Source: Octopus bimaculoides (taxonomy: Eukaryota). Taken from it: a stretch of DNA of 64,000 nt. Every line of letters starts with the position of its first letter. Position 1 is the first letter of the stretch. Both the position numbers and the translations under genes were made by a program. This document shows positions 50,450 to 63,122 of the stretch, in pieces. Under the pieces are notes generated by a model. The model had not been told where the DNA came from, did not search any database, and worked only from the letters and a program-made list of their open reading frames with translations. The stretch lies in the NCBI RefSeq assembly GCF_001194135.2, contig NC_068993.1, positions 5,722,225-5,786,224 on the forward strand, read 5' to 3'.

Positions 50450-50924
50450 TATTATTATTATTATTATTATTATTATTTCTACCATCACCTTCAAGCTCAG
50501 CATGTCATTTAATGTTTTCTCGCTCATACAGACGCTGAAGAGAGTGGTCCTCCAAAGCTGCCACAAGCGGTCACAACACGGATACAAGATAACACACGTA
50601 CACAAACATACAAACATATGCAGGCACATACACTCACACATGCAAACGGCTATTACATACAAAGCAGAAACACACACAGAACTACATACACAAACACACA
50701 GCTACACAAATACACACACTTGCACATATATACATAAAACACACGCCATACAAAAATACACGCACAAATATATATATACACACACACACACTCGCAAATA
50801 CACACACACATATACAAACGTACCTAGAGGCATATTGCACATGTACATACTCACACACCCTCACACACATGAATACAATGTGCATTTGTTGACATATTGT
50901 ATCTGTCCGTCATAAATATCCCCA

Positions 50925-51021
<97 letters not shown>

Positions 51022-51874
51022 CAAATAAGGTGTAGCTTTTGTTGGCGTGTTATTATATCTGTCCGCCATAAATCATCAAGTTGGAAAGAAGGGGCCATTA
51101 CCAAATTAAATCTAGGATCAGTGATTCGTTTATTTAAGTGTCACACTAGATCCCTATTACTACCAGTTCCCTATTACAACCTGCTCCCTATTATTGCCAG
51201 CCCCTTTAAACTAAACCCTCCGCACCTGTCACTCTCTCCCCCTCCTCCTCCTCCTCTCCGTGCTCTTCCTTCAGACGATGTTGACGGATGCTGTGAAACT
51301 ATTTAATGACTGTCTCCGTGAGTCATTCCTGACGACAGTTAGCATCCATCTTAGTTCTAACCTGACAGCTGGAAACGAGGACAATGGCGGAGGTGGCGGC
51401 GGCAGCCATGATGATGACGATGCAGAATATCGGGTTGGTGGTGGTGACGTTGTCACCGACGATAATGGCGGCAGCGGTGATGACAATGACGGTGATGGTG
51501 AAGGTGGTGATGATGGGGAGGAGGAGGAAGAGGAAGAGGGCAATGGTGAAGATGATGGCGATGACGATGGCGGCTATAGTGATGAAAATGGCGACGAGGT
51601 TGATAATGATGGTGATGGTGATGACGATTATACTGATTACGAAGATTGTTATACTTAGGCAATAGAAATGACAACAAAGACGATGAGGATAACGATGATG
51701 ACGACGACGACGATGACGATGACGAGGATGAGGATGAGGATGAGGATGAGGATAAAGGCGAAATTGATAAGAATGAAGTTGACATACGCAACGATGATGA
51801 TGGTGATGACGACGATGACGACGATGATAACTACGACTGTTACTGTGATGAGGATGGTCGAGATGATGACAATA

Positions 51875-51993
51875 ACGTTCTGAGTTCAAATTCCGCCGAG
51901 GTCGATTTTGCCTTTCATCCTTTCGGGGGGGGGGGGTCGATAAATTAAGTACCAGTTGTGGAATGGGGCCGATCTAATCGACTGCCCCCCCCC
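51875..51993 (+). mobile_element. SINE family A, partial (runs into a gap)
   Basis: ACGTTCTGAGTTCAAATTCCGCCGAGGTCGATTTTGCCTTTCATCCTTTCGGG...GTCGATAAATTAAGTACCAG. Confidence 0.92.
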
Positions 51994-53187
51994 NNNNNNN
52001 NNNNNNNNNNNNNNNNNNNNNNNNNNNNNNNNNNNNNNNNNNNNNNNNNNNNNNNNNNNNNNNNNNNNNNNNNNNNNNNNNNNNNNNNNNNNNNNNNNNN
52101 NNNNNNNNNNNNNNNNNNNNNNNNNNNNNNNNNNNNNNNNNNNNNNNNNNNNNNNNNNNNNNNNNNNNNNNNNNNNNNNNNNNNNNNNNNNNNNNNNNNN
52201 NNNNNNNNNNNNNNNNNNNNNNNNNNNNNNNNNNNNNNNNNNNNNNNNNNNNNNNNNNNNNNNNNNNNNNNNNNNNNNNNNNNNNNNNNNNNNNNNNNNN
52301 NNNNNNNNNNNNNNNNNNNNNNNNNNNNNNNNNNNNNNNNNNNNNNNNNNNNNNNNNNNNNNNNNNNNNNNNNNNNNNNNNNNNNNNNNNNNNNNNNNNN
52401 NNNNNNNNNNNNNNNNNNNNNNNNNNNNNNNNNNNNNNNNNNNNNNNNNNNNNNNNNNNNNNNNNNNNNNNNNNNNNNNNNNNNNNNNNNNNNNNNNNNN
52501 NNNNNNNNNNNNNNNNNNNNNNNNNNNNNNNNNNNNNNNNNNNNNNNNNNNNNNNNNNNNNNNNNNNNNNNNNNNNNNNNNNNNNNNNNNNNNNNNNNNN
52601 NNNNNNNNNNNNNCACTAGTGGTAGTTAAACTATATACGCACACCTACGTATATACATACATGCATACATACATACACACACACATACATACATACTGCA
52701 CATATTACGCACATACATTCTATGTATGTATATATATATATATATATATATGGGCATGTATGCATGCATGCATGTATGTATGTGTGCGTGCACGAGTGTG
52801 TGTATTAATACATAAAGCGAAGTCATGGAGACCTTAAACCTTCTAGCTCCCTACATTCATCTTTCTTCAATAAAATCCCTCCTCCTCTTCTTTCTGTCCC
52901 TTCCTTTCTCTTCTTGCCCCCTGACTTTTTTTTTTATTATTAATTAGCAATTCTATCCACCGTTAAATATTCATCGTCTTAAGGATTTCAATCATTATAT
53001 TATATTGTATATTATATTATATATATTGTGTTTATTATATACTGCAAGCTGTCAAACTGTGATAAGCCGATTCAAATAATCAACTTCACCGTACTCTGAC
53101 AATGCGTACGTCATCAGACCTTTCTGTCTGATTGTCTGTATTTCATTTAATATATATATATTCACACACACACAATCGTATGTGTTC

Positions 53188-53231
<44 letters not shown>

Positions 53232-53234
<3 letters not shown>

Positions 53235-53447
53235 AGTTATGGAATAGAGTATGGGAAATCTGGGCTATATATGTTTCTTTGCAAATGGAACCTCAGAAGT
53301 AGTAAAATCCAAGTGAGGTGTATACCGCTGGCTACTCTTCAGGCCAAGGATATCTTGATTAGATTAAAGCCTACATTGTCGCAAGGAGGTAAATGTTGAC
53401 ACAATGATTCAATCAGAATATATGTAGCCCAGATTTCCGTAACTCTT
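53232..53447. mobile_element. MITE-like element with about 30-bp inverted repeats
   Basis: Left AAGAGTTATGGAA..AGAGTATGGGAAATCTGGGCTATATAT against right ATATATGTAGCCCAGATTTCCGTAACTCTT (53418-53447). Confidence 0.65.
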
Positions 53448-54052
53448 GTATTCTTTTACGCACACTCGGCAACCTTGGTTGCCTACCGAAGAATATAAAA
53501 AGAACTTTTTGTCAGCTCATCGTTTTTCGTTAAAAGAAAAAAATCCACAACTTTCCGTCTCAATAAACCACATTTGTCTCTGAAAGTTTTTTTTTAATAT
53601 TCGCTACAGATTGCTTGAAGCTAACTTTCTTCCTACACCTCGATTCGTAATATACATACGTACATATACACACACATTTATATTTACACACGTGTGAGTG
53701 AACTAACGATTCGGTTCTGTGCTACTCCAAGTTATAGCTATCTACACACACACACAGAATTTCATAAACTTACGAGAGAACATGAAATAATTCTTTTTGA
53801 GAATAATGGATCACGAAGCGCACACATCTCTGTAAATAATTCCATTTAAATATTGTTCTTCAATATTTATATACTGTTATATAAAGATTGATACATTACA
53901 TAAAAAATATACAAACGAACATATGTATATATAATCATTATCATTAAGTATAAACATGTTTTAACTGCGAGGTTCTATAAGTTGTCATGCATTCGATAAT
54001 ACACTAGCCGGATAGTCGGACAAACTTGTATAGCGTGCCAGGTACTATTGGA

Positions 54053-54186
54053 CAATCATTCAGACTCAAAATACAACATGACTGTTCTCTGAGAAAAAGA
54101 GAGAACCAAAGAAAAAGCGAGAAAAAAAAAGAGAGAAAACGCGAAAGTGGAGAGCAGCCATGTTGTATTTTGAGCCTGAACGATCG
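54053..54186. repeat. Inverted repeat, 38-bp arms, 58-bp purine-rich spacer
   Basis: CAATCATTCAGACTCAAAATACAACATGACTGTTCTCT (54053-54090) against the reverse complement of 54149-54186; 6 differences, all transitions. Confidence 0.9.
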
Positions 54187-55106
54187 CTTGAAAATACACG
54201 TACACGACATGCTATGCAAAGTTGTCCGCTGTATTATTTGAGACATGGAGCTAACCGTAGCTCACACTTAAATCTTGTGTTTATTAAATGATATTTTTCT
54301 CTCACTCGATGGAGTACTTTTTTTGTTGATCCCAACGGAACAGCATAATATATACAAAGCTTTTTTGTAATATAAATCGCGTATCAAAAGATATTGCAAA
54401 TAATTAGTAACACAACTGTACAAGTTATTGAATTATTGGCTCAGATTTCTTTTAAAAATCCCATAAAAGCACAAGGTCATAGCTTTAGCGATGACATTGG
54501 GGGCCTTTAACCGAAGAACATAATTTTCTTTTTTAGAATTAAACAAACAACAACATAAAAATGAAAGGAAAAATATTCAGAACCGAGACGAATGAAAGAA
54601 AAAAAACTAAATAGAAAAAGAATATAAAAGACAAAAAGATGAAATGTGGACGGGAAGAATGGAAAAAAGAAAGGTTGAAATATTTTTGCGATTATTTAAT
54701 ATATTTTGTTTGATGGAACTGTTGAATTTGGGTGATTTCCTGTTTAATGGTGGCAGACTCTTGTAAACAACTAGTTCCATTGAAAACACAAACGCCGTAA
54801 TTAATTTGCCTGATCGTATTGTTGATATTGCGGTAATGATGAAGATGATGATGACAATATTAATAATAATAATAATAATAATAATAGGAAGAATAATAAA
54901 TGATGATGATGATGATGACGAGAATAATGGTCGTAGTAACAATGATAGTTGTAGTAGTTGTAGTAGTAACAATTGTAGTACTATTAGTAGTAATGATAAA
55001 AATGATGATGATGATGGTGATCACAATGATAATTATAATAATAATAGCCTTAGTAAAAACAAAAGTAGTAGTAGTAATAATAATAGTAATAANNNNNNNN
55101 NNGATG

Positions 55107-55140
<34 letters not shown>

Positions 55141-56197
55141 TAATAATAATAATAATAATCGTAATAGTAATTCTTATTGTGATTGTGTGTGGATGTGTTT
55201 ATGCGTATTCGGGGGTTTACGCACGATAGGAGAAAGAGAAAGACTACAAGAGTAAGACGAAATGTAAGAATAAATAAAAGAAAGAAAAAGTAAACAAACA
55301 AAGAAACAAATAAACAAACAAACAAGGAGTTGGACCTGGGTGAAGTGGAGGGCAAAAGAAGGAAAAAGTGAAAGTAGTAACGAAAGTGAAAGTAGGAAAT
55401 GGGGGCGGAGTCGGTCAGTAATATGATCCTGAGTGTTTAATTAAGTTTGAGGCGATGCTTAACGGTGAACAACTGTGAAGAAATCTGACGACTTTGGTAA
55501 TATCTGATGCGGAACCAATACTGCTCAGTTCAGTGTTATAGTGTTTGTTCTTTGAATTGATTTACTCACACACGTTGTTAGCACACAATCAAATACAATG
55601 ACGAAGTCTTCGGTGACGAGACGGTGTGAACAAAACAAAGCAAAACCAAAAATGTAGCGTACAAACATTACACTTCACACATCATGGTCTTCCTATATTG
55701 TTAATTATGTTCCGACATCTGTCGATGGCTGGGTGGTTGGTGGCTAAAAGGGAGCCAGCAGGGCTTTCAGTTGTTAGTTTCGTATCTTATTCACGGCATT
55801 GTGGTATGTGTTATACATTTCTTCCTAGCGCAGATGGTCAAATGGTGTGGCTGAGTGTTTGCATCAAATCATATCTGAGTGCAGTACTTGTTGTGTCCTT
55901 TTTCTTAACCAAAACGAAATTTTCGTAATACTGCCCCACCCACCAGCTATTTGGGAAAATTTCACCCTCATCATTGATAAGATTATAAAACAACTTTCGC
56001 CCGCTTTTGTCTTCATGATCCTTCAATCTTTGCCATGGCGATCGAAGATGATTGAAAATTGTAAAACTATCTCAAATATATTTAACCCCTATCAATCCTC
56101 ATAGCCACGATTTCGCTGAAAAACACTAACCTACCTGAAGAATCCACCACTCTTCGCAGGAACCGATTAGTAACTCTTTATGTGGTTTCTGGACTTT

Positions 56198-56372
56198 ATA
56201 AAAATGATAGCCAAATCTCCCTCAAATTAGACATTATTGTCTTAAAAAAATGAAGGATGCATAAGATAATTTTCTTGATGATATATCGTTAAAATGAGAT
56301 GGTTATGGTTAGAACGGCTTTATTCATAAATCAGTTTGGTCAGGGTTAATCTTGGAATAAATAACAACAAAA
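56198..56372 (+). mobile_element. Repeat family D
   Basis: ATAGCCAAATCTCCCTCAAAT...GTCTTAAAAAAATGAAGGA...GATGGTTATGGTTAGAA...GGTCAGGGTTAATCTTGG..AAATAACAACAA. Confidence 0.65.
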
Positions 56373-56569
56373 GTACATGAATCCGAACGGCGGAAGCGCT
56401 ATAAAATTGCCGAGTGTTTCGTCAACTTGCAGTACAATGTTTGGTTCTTTCTCCGAACGTAGGTCATGGGAGAAGTATTAGCGGTAACAACGTCATCAAC
56501 CCTTGGACATTACTGTCTCATGTCTTAGAACCCTAAAGGCAGGATGCCCGATTTTCATGGCGTATAAGT

Positions 56570-56730
56570 GACCTAAGACCGCACCTTGACCCCTGAACGG
56601 AACGCTAGTCCGACACGGGGTAGCTCATTGCAATAGAGTGCATTGAAGCACGTCACCTAGTCCAGAGATCGAAACCACGATTTTGCGATCAAGTGGGCGA
56701 CACCCTAACCACTAGGTCACGTGTCTTTAC
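56570..56730 (-). mobile_element. Degenerate tRNA-headed SINE (family B-like head)
   Basis: Reverse complement GACACGTGACCTAGTGGTTAGGGTGTCG...ATCGTGGTTTCGATCTC (A-box and B-box-like). Confidence 0.55.
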
Positions 56731-56849
56731 TGTTAGCAGCAACGCCTCGTTTTTGATTCTCGTTAGCTCCACACTCCAACCATGAAAATAAATTCTCCAC
56801 TGATCTGTTTCGCATTTTCAAGACAAGACTCTTTTGACGTCTTTGGCCT

Positions 56850-57075
56850 GTTGGAAGGAAATGGCAGCGAAATCTCCCTCATATTACTACCTTCGGTTCT
56901 AGATAGGGACGAAAGAGACATATAGAACTAAGATTATGTGGTCTTCAAAACACGAATTTTCTGTAAAAACAAACAAAAATTAAAACGGTATTTTTGCCAC
57001 TTGAACGTCTTTATCATAGGTCGGCTTGTTCAAGTGGAGATTGGCATTGGCCAAATGAATAACAACAACAATAAC
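56850..57075 (+). mobile_element. Repeat family D, degenerate, (CAA)n tail
   Basis: GAAATGGCAGCGAAATCTCCCTCAA...CTTTATCATAGGTCGGCTTG...AACAACAAC. Confidence 0.55.
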
Positions 57076-57604
57076 AACAGCGACAACAAGCAGCAGCAAC
57101 TGCTAACATCACTACAGTCTACATCAGCAACTCGAACTGCTTAAACCACCTGGTAAAAATATGGCTGACGTAAATACCTCATTTATCGTCTGCTGCTAGA
57201 AATAATTAGATTTTAAAAAAATGTTTTTTCCCTCTCTAAGAACTCATTAATAATCAATAAATAAATGAAGCAGTAGATTATTCTTGAAACTTTCCATGAA
57301 ACATTTAATTAACCATTCATTAATTGATTCTCTGAAATGCATTAATGGTATAGAGTCGTACTTAATGACTTAGCATTACTTAAGCGTCACTCATTTAACT
57401 TTCATAGTTCAAATCTCGCCAGGATCGGATTTTCGCTCCATTCCCCCTGGAGGGTAGATACTATAGAAGAGGTGGAATAGAGATGTGATTGAATTGAGGA
57501 TGCACTTCCTAGTAAATGTCTCCTTGCTTCAAAATGGATAATCTTACGTTAATTCTTGCTCTATTTTTTTTTTTAATTGAAAATTAATTAGAATTAGTCA
57601 GTAA

Positions 57605-57805
57605 TTATGCTGTTGTTGTTGCTGCTTTGTCTCTTAGAGTCTAGTAATCAAAGGCGTTCCAGCCGTGATCTGTCTGTCATATTGGGTATCTAGGACTATC
57701 TAATCAAATATATATAACACCTTTTGAAAATAGTAGTGTGTTGTGATTTGAGGAAGAGTTTTCTACTATCTTTAGCAGGTCGTGTTGAGGCGTAGAGACC
57801 CCCCT
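57605..57805 (-). mobile_element. Repeat family D, degenerate
   Basis: (GTT)n...ATCAAAGGCGTTCCAGCCGTGA...TCTAGGACTA...GTGATTTGAGGAAGAG...TAGCAGGTCG. Confidence 0.6.
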
Positions 57806-58067
57806 CTTTGGGTTGTGTGTGTGCATGTCTATGTACAAACATTGAACTCGTAAAATCACTAGAATCAGCTGTGTTGTCTTATTTATCGGTCTTTCGGAGC
57901 TCATATTGCACTATAGTTCCAATATCTACCGTTAGGCGTCGTTGTCACTCGCGAGTCCCGCGATTGTTTCGAATTCAGATTTGTTTACGTCTGTTTATCG
58001 GCTACTTTCTCATTCTCATTCATTTGTGACTTTATTTTTTGCCCCCATGGCTCCTAAGAAAATTCAT

Positions 58068-58299
58068 ATTGATCAGATCAACGGAACAGCCTGTTCGTGA
58101 AATTAACGTGCAGGTGACTGAGTACTCCACAGACACGTGTACGTACCCTTAAGACGTTCTCAGGGAAATTCAGCTTGACAGAATTTGACAAGGCTGGCCT
58201 TTTGAAATACAGGTACTACTCATTTTTGGCAGCCGAGTGGACTGGAACAATGTGAAATAAAGTATCTTGCTCAAGGACAAAACGCATCGCCGGGAATTA
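58068..58299 (-). mobile_element. SINE family B, truncated at both ends
   Basis: GATCAACGGAACAGCCTGTTCGTGAAATTAACGTGCAGG...GTGAAATAAAGTATCTTGCTCAAGGAC...CGCCGGGAATT. Confidence 0.9.
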
Positions 58300-58440
58300 G
58301 CTCTCTCTCTCTCCCTCTCTACATCTGTGTGTGTATATATATATATATATGTTTATATATATATGTTTATATATAGGTAGATACACATGCATATATACAT
58401 GCATGTATATATCTATGAGTGTGTATATGTACTTACGGAT

Positions 58441-58802
58441 AGATAGACAGGCAGGTAGACAGGCAGGTAGACAGGCAGATAGACAGGCAGATAGACAGGC
58501 AGATAGACAGGCAGATAGACAGGCAGATAGACAGGCAGATAGACAGGCAGATAGACAGGCAGATAGACAGGCAGATNNNNNNNNNNNNNNNNNNNNNNNN
58601 NNNNNNNNNNNNNNNNNNNNNNNNNNNNNNNNNNNNNNNNNNNNNNNNNGCAGATAGACAGGCAGATAGACAGGCAGATAGACAGGCAGATAGACAGGCA
58701 GATAGACAGGCAGATAGACAGGCAGATAGACAGGCAGATAGACAGGCAGATAGACAGGTAGATAGACAGGCAGATAGACAGGTAGATAGACAGGTAGATA
58801 GA
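58441..58802. repeat. 12-bp minisatellite (AGATAGACAGGC)n
   Basis: Direct reading; spans an N-gap. Confidence 0.95.
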
Positions 58803-60071
58803 CACATATACATTCAAACACAGTTTAAATCTACGTGCGCGTACGTACATTTCGTATATATGTTTATATTTGTACTCCAGTAGAAAAACACTGATTGTTA
58901 GTGTAGAGAGAGAGAGAGAAAAAAAACACGACACGTGTTCATTATAAGCTTTATTTTTGATGCAGGAAATTAACTGGAGTTAGTTATTAGTCGTGTACAG
59001 AGAAACATATTTCGAAAGATAAAAAAAATACCCACCCCCCGCCGTACAAAGAGGTACACACTCCCATATATATATATATATACGTATATATATATATATA
59101 TANNNNNNNNNNNNNNNNNNNNNNNNNNNNNNNNNNNNNNNNNNNNNNNNNNNNNNNNNNNNNNNNNNNNNNNNNNNNNNNNNNNNNNNNNNNNNNNNNN
59201 NNNNNNNNNNNNNNNNNNNNNNNNNNNNNNNNNNNNNNNNNNNNNNNNNNNNNNNNNNNNNNNNNNNNNNNNNNNNNNNNNNNNNNNNNNNNNNNNNNNN
59301 NNNNNNNNNNNNNNNNNNNNNNNNNNNNNNNNNNNNNNNNNNNNNNNNNNNNNNNNNNNNNNNNNNNNNNNNNNNNNNNNNNNNNNNNNNNNNNNNNNNN
59401 NNNNNNNNNNNNNNNNNNNNNNNNNNNNNNNNNNNNNNNNNNNNNNNNNNNNNNNNNNNNNNNNNNNNNNNNNNNNNNNNNNNNNNNNNNNNNNNNNNNN
59501 NNNNNNNNNNNNNNNNNNNNNNNNNNNNNNNNNNNNNNNNNNNNNNNNNNNNNNNNNNNNNNNNNNNNNNNNNNNNNNNNNNNNNNNNNNNNNNNNNNNN
59601 NNNNNNNNNNNNNNNNNNNNNNNNNNNNNNNNNNNNNNNNNNNNNNNNNNNNNNNNNNNNNNNNNNNNNNNNNNNNNNNNNNNNNNNNNNNNNNNNNNNN
59701 NNNNNNNNNNNNNNNNNNNNNNNNNNNNNNNNNNNNNNNNNNNNNNNNNNNNNNNNNNNNNNNNNNNNNNNNNNNNNNNNNNNNNNNNNNNNNNNNNNNN
59801 NNNNNNNNNNNNNNNNNNNNNNNNNNNNNNNNNNNNNNNNNNNNNNNNNNNNNNNNNNNNNNNNNNNNNNNNNNNNNNNNNNNNNNNNNNNNNNNNNNNN
59901 NNNNNNNNNNNNNNNNNNNNNNNNNNNNNNNNNNNNNNNNNNNNNNNNNNNNNNNNNNNNNNNNNNNNNNNNNNNNNNNNNNNNNNNNNNNNNNNNNNNN
60001 NNNNNNNNNNNNNNNNNNNNNNNNNNNNNNNNNNNNNNNNNNNNNNNNNNNNNNNNNNNNNNNNNNNAAAT

Positions 60072-60114
<43 letters not shown>

Positions 60115-60148
60115 CACATGTCCACGCACGCACAGACATACACGCAGC

Positions 60149-60179
<31 letters not shown>

Positions 60180-60185
60180 TGTTCC

Positions 60186-60330
60186 ACTATAGACACAAGG
60201 TCTGAAATTGTGTAGGTGGCGGACGTCAACCAAAGTATTTAACTGGTACTTATTTCATCGACCCCGAAAGAATAAAAGGCTAAGTTGACCTCGGTAGAAC
60301 TTGAGCTCAGAATGCAAAGCCGGACGAAAT
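60186..60330 (-). mobile_element. SINE family A, partial
   Basis: ACTGGTACTTATTTCATCGACCCCGAAAGAATAAAAGGCTAAGTTGACCTCGG...GAGCTCAGAA. Confidence 0.85.
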
Positions 60331-60424
60331 GTCTGTCTGTCTGAATATCGGTATGCCTGGCTATCTATCTGTCCATCCGTTTGTCTGTCCAACTCTGTCT
60401 GTCTGACTGCCTATGTCTGTTTCT

Positions 60425-60632
60425 CTCTCTCTCACCCTCTCTCCGTTTGCTTACATGTCTCTGTTTCTTTTTTCTCTCTTATTCACCCTCTCCGTTTCTA
60501 CCTCTCTCTCCCTGTCTGTCTCTCTGCCTGTGTCTCTTTCTTAATCTCTCACCCTTTCCCTGTTTACTTACATGTCTCTGTCTCTCTCTCCTTTTTCTCT
60601 CTTATTCACCCTCTCCGTTTCTACATCTCTCT
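60425..60632. repeat. Pyrimidine-rich tandem duplication (about 120-bp period)
   Basis: CTCTCACCCT...CTTACATGTCTCTGT...TTTTTCTCTCTTATTCACCCTCTCCGTTTCTAC occurs at about 60425-60510 and 60545-60632. Confidence 0.85.
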
Positions 60633-61401
60633 CATCCCGCCACTTGCACGCACACGTTATTGCAGAATTAATATTTTATGTTTCGATTTCCAGCTACTAG
60701 AATAACATATCTATATTTCAAAATTCTTTCTCCAACTCTAACGGACCCATCTCTCTGCCTCCACCTCATCTCTAACCACTCCTACCCGTCTCCCACCAAA
60801 ATTAAAAGTCAAACAAAAATCAGCTAAAAACCAAGCATGTAATATTTATCTCCCCTTCAATATTTCGGCTAAGGGAAGCAATATATCATCTCTTTATTTC
60901 TATTTCGAAATCAGGAAGAATCTTTAATGTATTGCGGCAGCATGTGGCGGATATCTTTTAGTTTTATGACTCTACTTAATAAAACTGTAAACCAGTTGAG
61001 TCTTCATCTTGCGAGTCCAGACCCTGACTCCAGCCCACCACCACTCCAACCAATACCTATACTGCTACCATCGCTATCATCACCACAGTTACAGCCACTA
61101 ATACTACAACCATCACCACCATCTCTGGAACCACCACCATTACAAACTGTAGTACTACATCCACAACTACTATAACCCTCACCATCTCTGCAACCACCAC
61201 TGCTACAAGTCTTATTGACACTACAACCCCGTCACAATCAGATCACCCACCATTACTGCAACCAGTACTACAGCTAACACCACTGTGACTATCACCGCAA
61301 AAATACGACCACTACAACCAACGGTGTTGCAACTACAATCCTCCTCCTCCTCCTCCTCCTCCTCCTCATCATCATCATCCCCACTACATGAAACATATAT
61401 A

Positions 61402-61620
61402 TATTGGTTTCAAATTTTGGAACAAGGCCAACAATTTCGGGAGCAGAAGTAAGTCGATTATGTTGACCTCAGTGCTCAAATGGTACTTATCTTATCAGCC
61501 CCGAAAGGATAAAAGGTAATATCGACCTCAGTGGAATTTGAACTCAGAACTTAAAGACAGACGAAATGCTGTTAAGCATTTTGGCCAGCGTGCTAACGAT
61601 TCTGTAGAGCTCACCACCTT
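61402..61620 (-). mobile_element. SINE family A, full length
   Basis: TTGGTTTCAAATTTTGGAACAAGGCC...CCCCGAAAGGATAAAAGG...GGAATTTGAACTCAGAAC...GTGCTAACGATTCTG. Confidence 0.9.
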
Positions 61621-62217
61621 GTAGTTTACATAATGCCATTTGATATTTGGCTACGTAGACCATTTTAATTGAACGTATAAACAAACAAGATGTACTACTG
61701 AATTTTTTCTTTGCTAACGAATGCATTACGCTACATGAAACCCGTAGATTCTGGAGAAGAATTACTAATATTTGTTTTTCTATGAATATATATCTTATAT
61801 GTACGCGTTTTATTTCATTGTAATTGAATCCATCGACAAATATTGATCACTGCGTTCCTACAGCACGCGCACTCACGCACGCACTCACACACAAATACAC
61901 ATACACACACACACAAGCGTGCGCGCAGACACATGCATGTATACACAGTTACAATAGAAACGAGCAAATAAACAGGACCCACTGTCATAGAGTAAAGTAT
62001 TTCTTAATTTTGTCGACTGAAATTAGCGTCGCCGTAAGCAAATAAATCATGGTGGGCCTATGTGAGTATATATAGAAATATGCATGTATGTATGTACACA
62101 CAAACACATACATACATATATATGTAAGCTTATATGCTTAAAAAAATCTGTATACAAATATATATACACACACACACACATATAAATACGACTATACTAT
62201 GTATGCGTGTGCGTGTG

Positions 62218-62303
<86 letters not shown>

Positions 62304-63122
62304 GAGGTCTACGGCTGTGTAGCTAGGAAATGCGTGCCAAGGAATAAATATATAATGAAGATGAGAACGGATGAAACGTTCCTCGATTCTGTCAAAGGAG
62401 ATATATCATAGAGGAATGGTCATTGGAAGCGTGTTCAACCATGCCAATACGAACTTAGCTTCATTAGATAATTCTGATTTAGAACTTCATAAACGATCAG
62501 AAATCAGAGGGAGAAACATCAATTGTTTGCTTTAAAGTGTATACACACAAACTGTTCAGTAATCCATAGGGAGCAGCAGCAACCGATATATACATACATA
62601 CATACATATAACACACACACACACANNNNNNNNNNNNNNNNNNNNNNNNNNNNNNNNNNNNNNNNNNNNNNNNNNNNNNNNNNNNNNNNNNNNNNNNNNN
62701 NNNNNNNNNNNNNNNNNNNNNNNNNNNNNNNNNNNNNNNNNNNNNNNNNNNNNNNNNNNNNNNNNNNNNNNNNNNNNNNNNNNNNNNNNNNNNNNNNNNN
62801 NNNNNNNNNNNNNNNNNNNNNNNNNNNNNNNNNNNNNNNNNNNNNNNNNNNNNNNNNNNNNNNNNNNNNNNNNNNNNNNNNNNNNNNNNNNNNNNNNNNN
62901 NNNNNNNNNNNNNNNNNNNNNNNNNNNNNNNNNNNNNNNNNNNNNNNNNNNNNNNNNNNNNNNNNNNNNNNNNNNNNNNNNNNNNNNNNNNNNNNNNNNN
63001 NNNNNNNNNNNNNNNNATTTGCTAGACGAAAACTGAAAGAAGCTCCTCGTGTATATATATATATATATATATAAATTACACTGCTTAGTTATGTCAAACT
63101 GTAACATTATATTTATGTTACT

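Noticed and set aside
51260-51870. Long Asp/Gly/Glu-rich ORFs (also 23325-23660 and 54806-55255)
   Set aside because: Degenerate (GAT)n tracts of this kind recur throughout the window and give long ORFs in several frames; not evidence of coding.
53080-53125. Minus-strand CUGAUGAC-GUAC...GUAC-G resembling a hammerhead 5' half; also CUGAAGA motifs at about 50535 (+) and 25597 (-)
   Set aside because: The required GAAA, NUH triplet and stem I partner are missing.
58441-58802. Regular 12-bp repeats and the 32-bp array at 42145-42310 as possible CRISPR-like arrays
   Set aside because: Head-to-tail minisatellites without unique spacers, in eukaryotic DNA with no cas genes.
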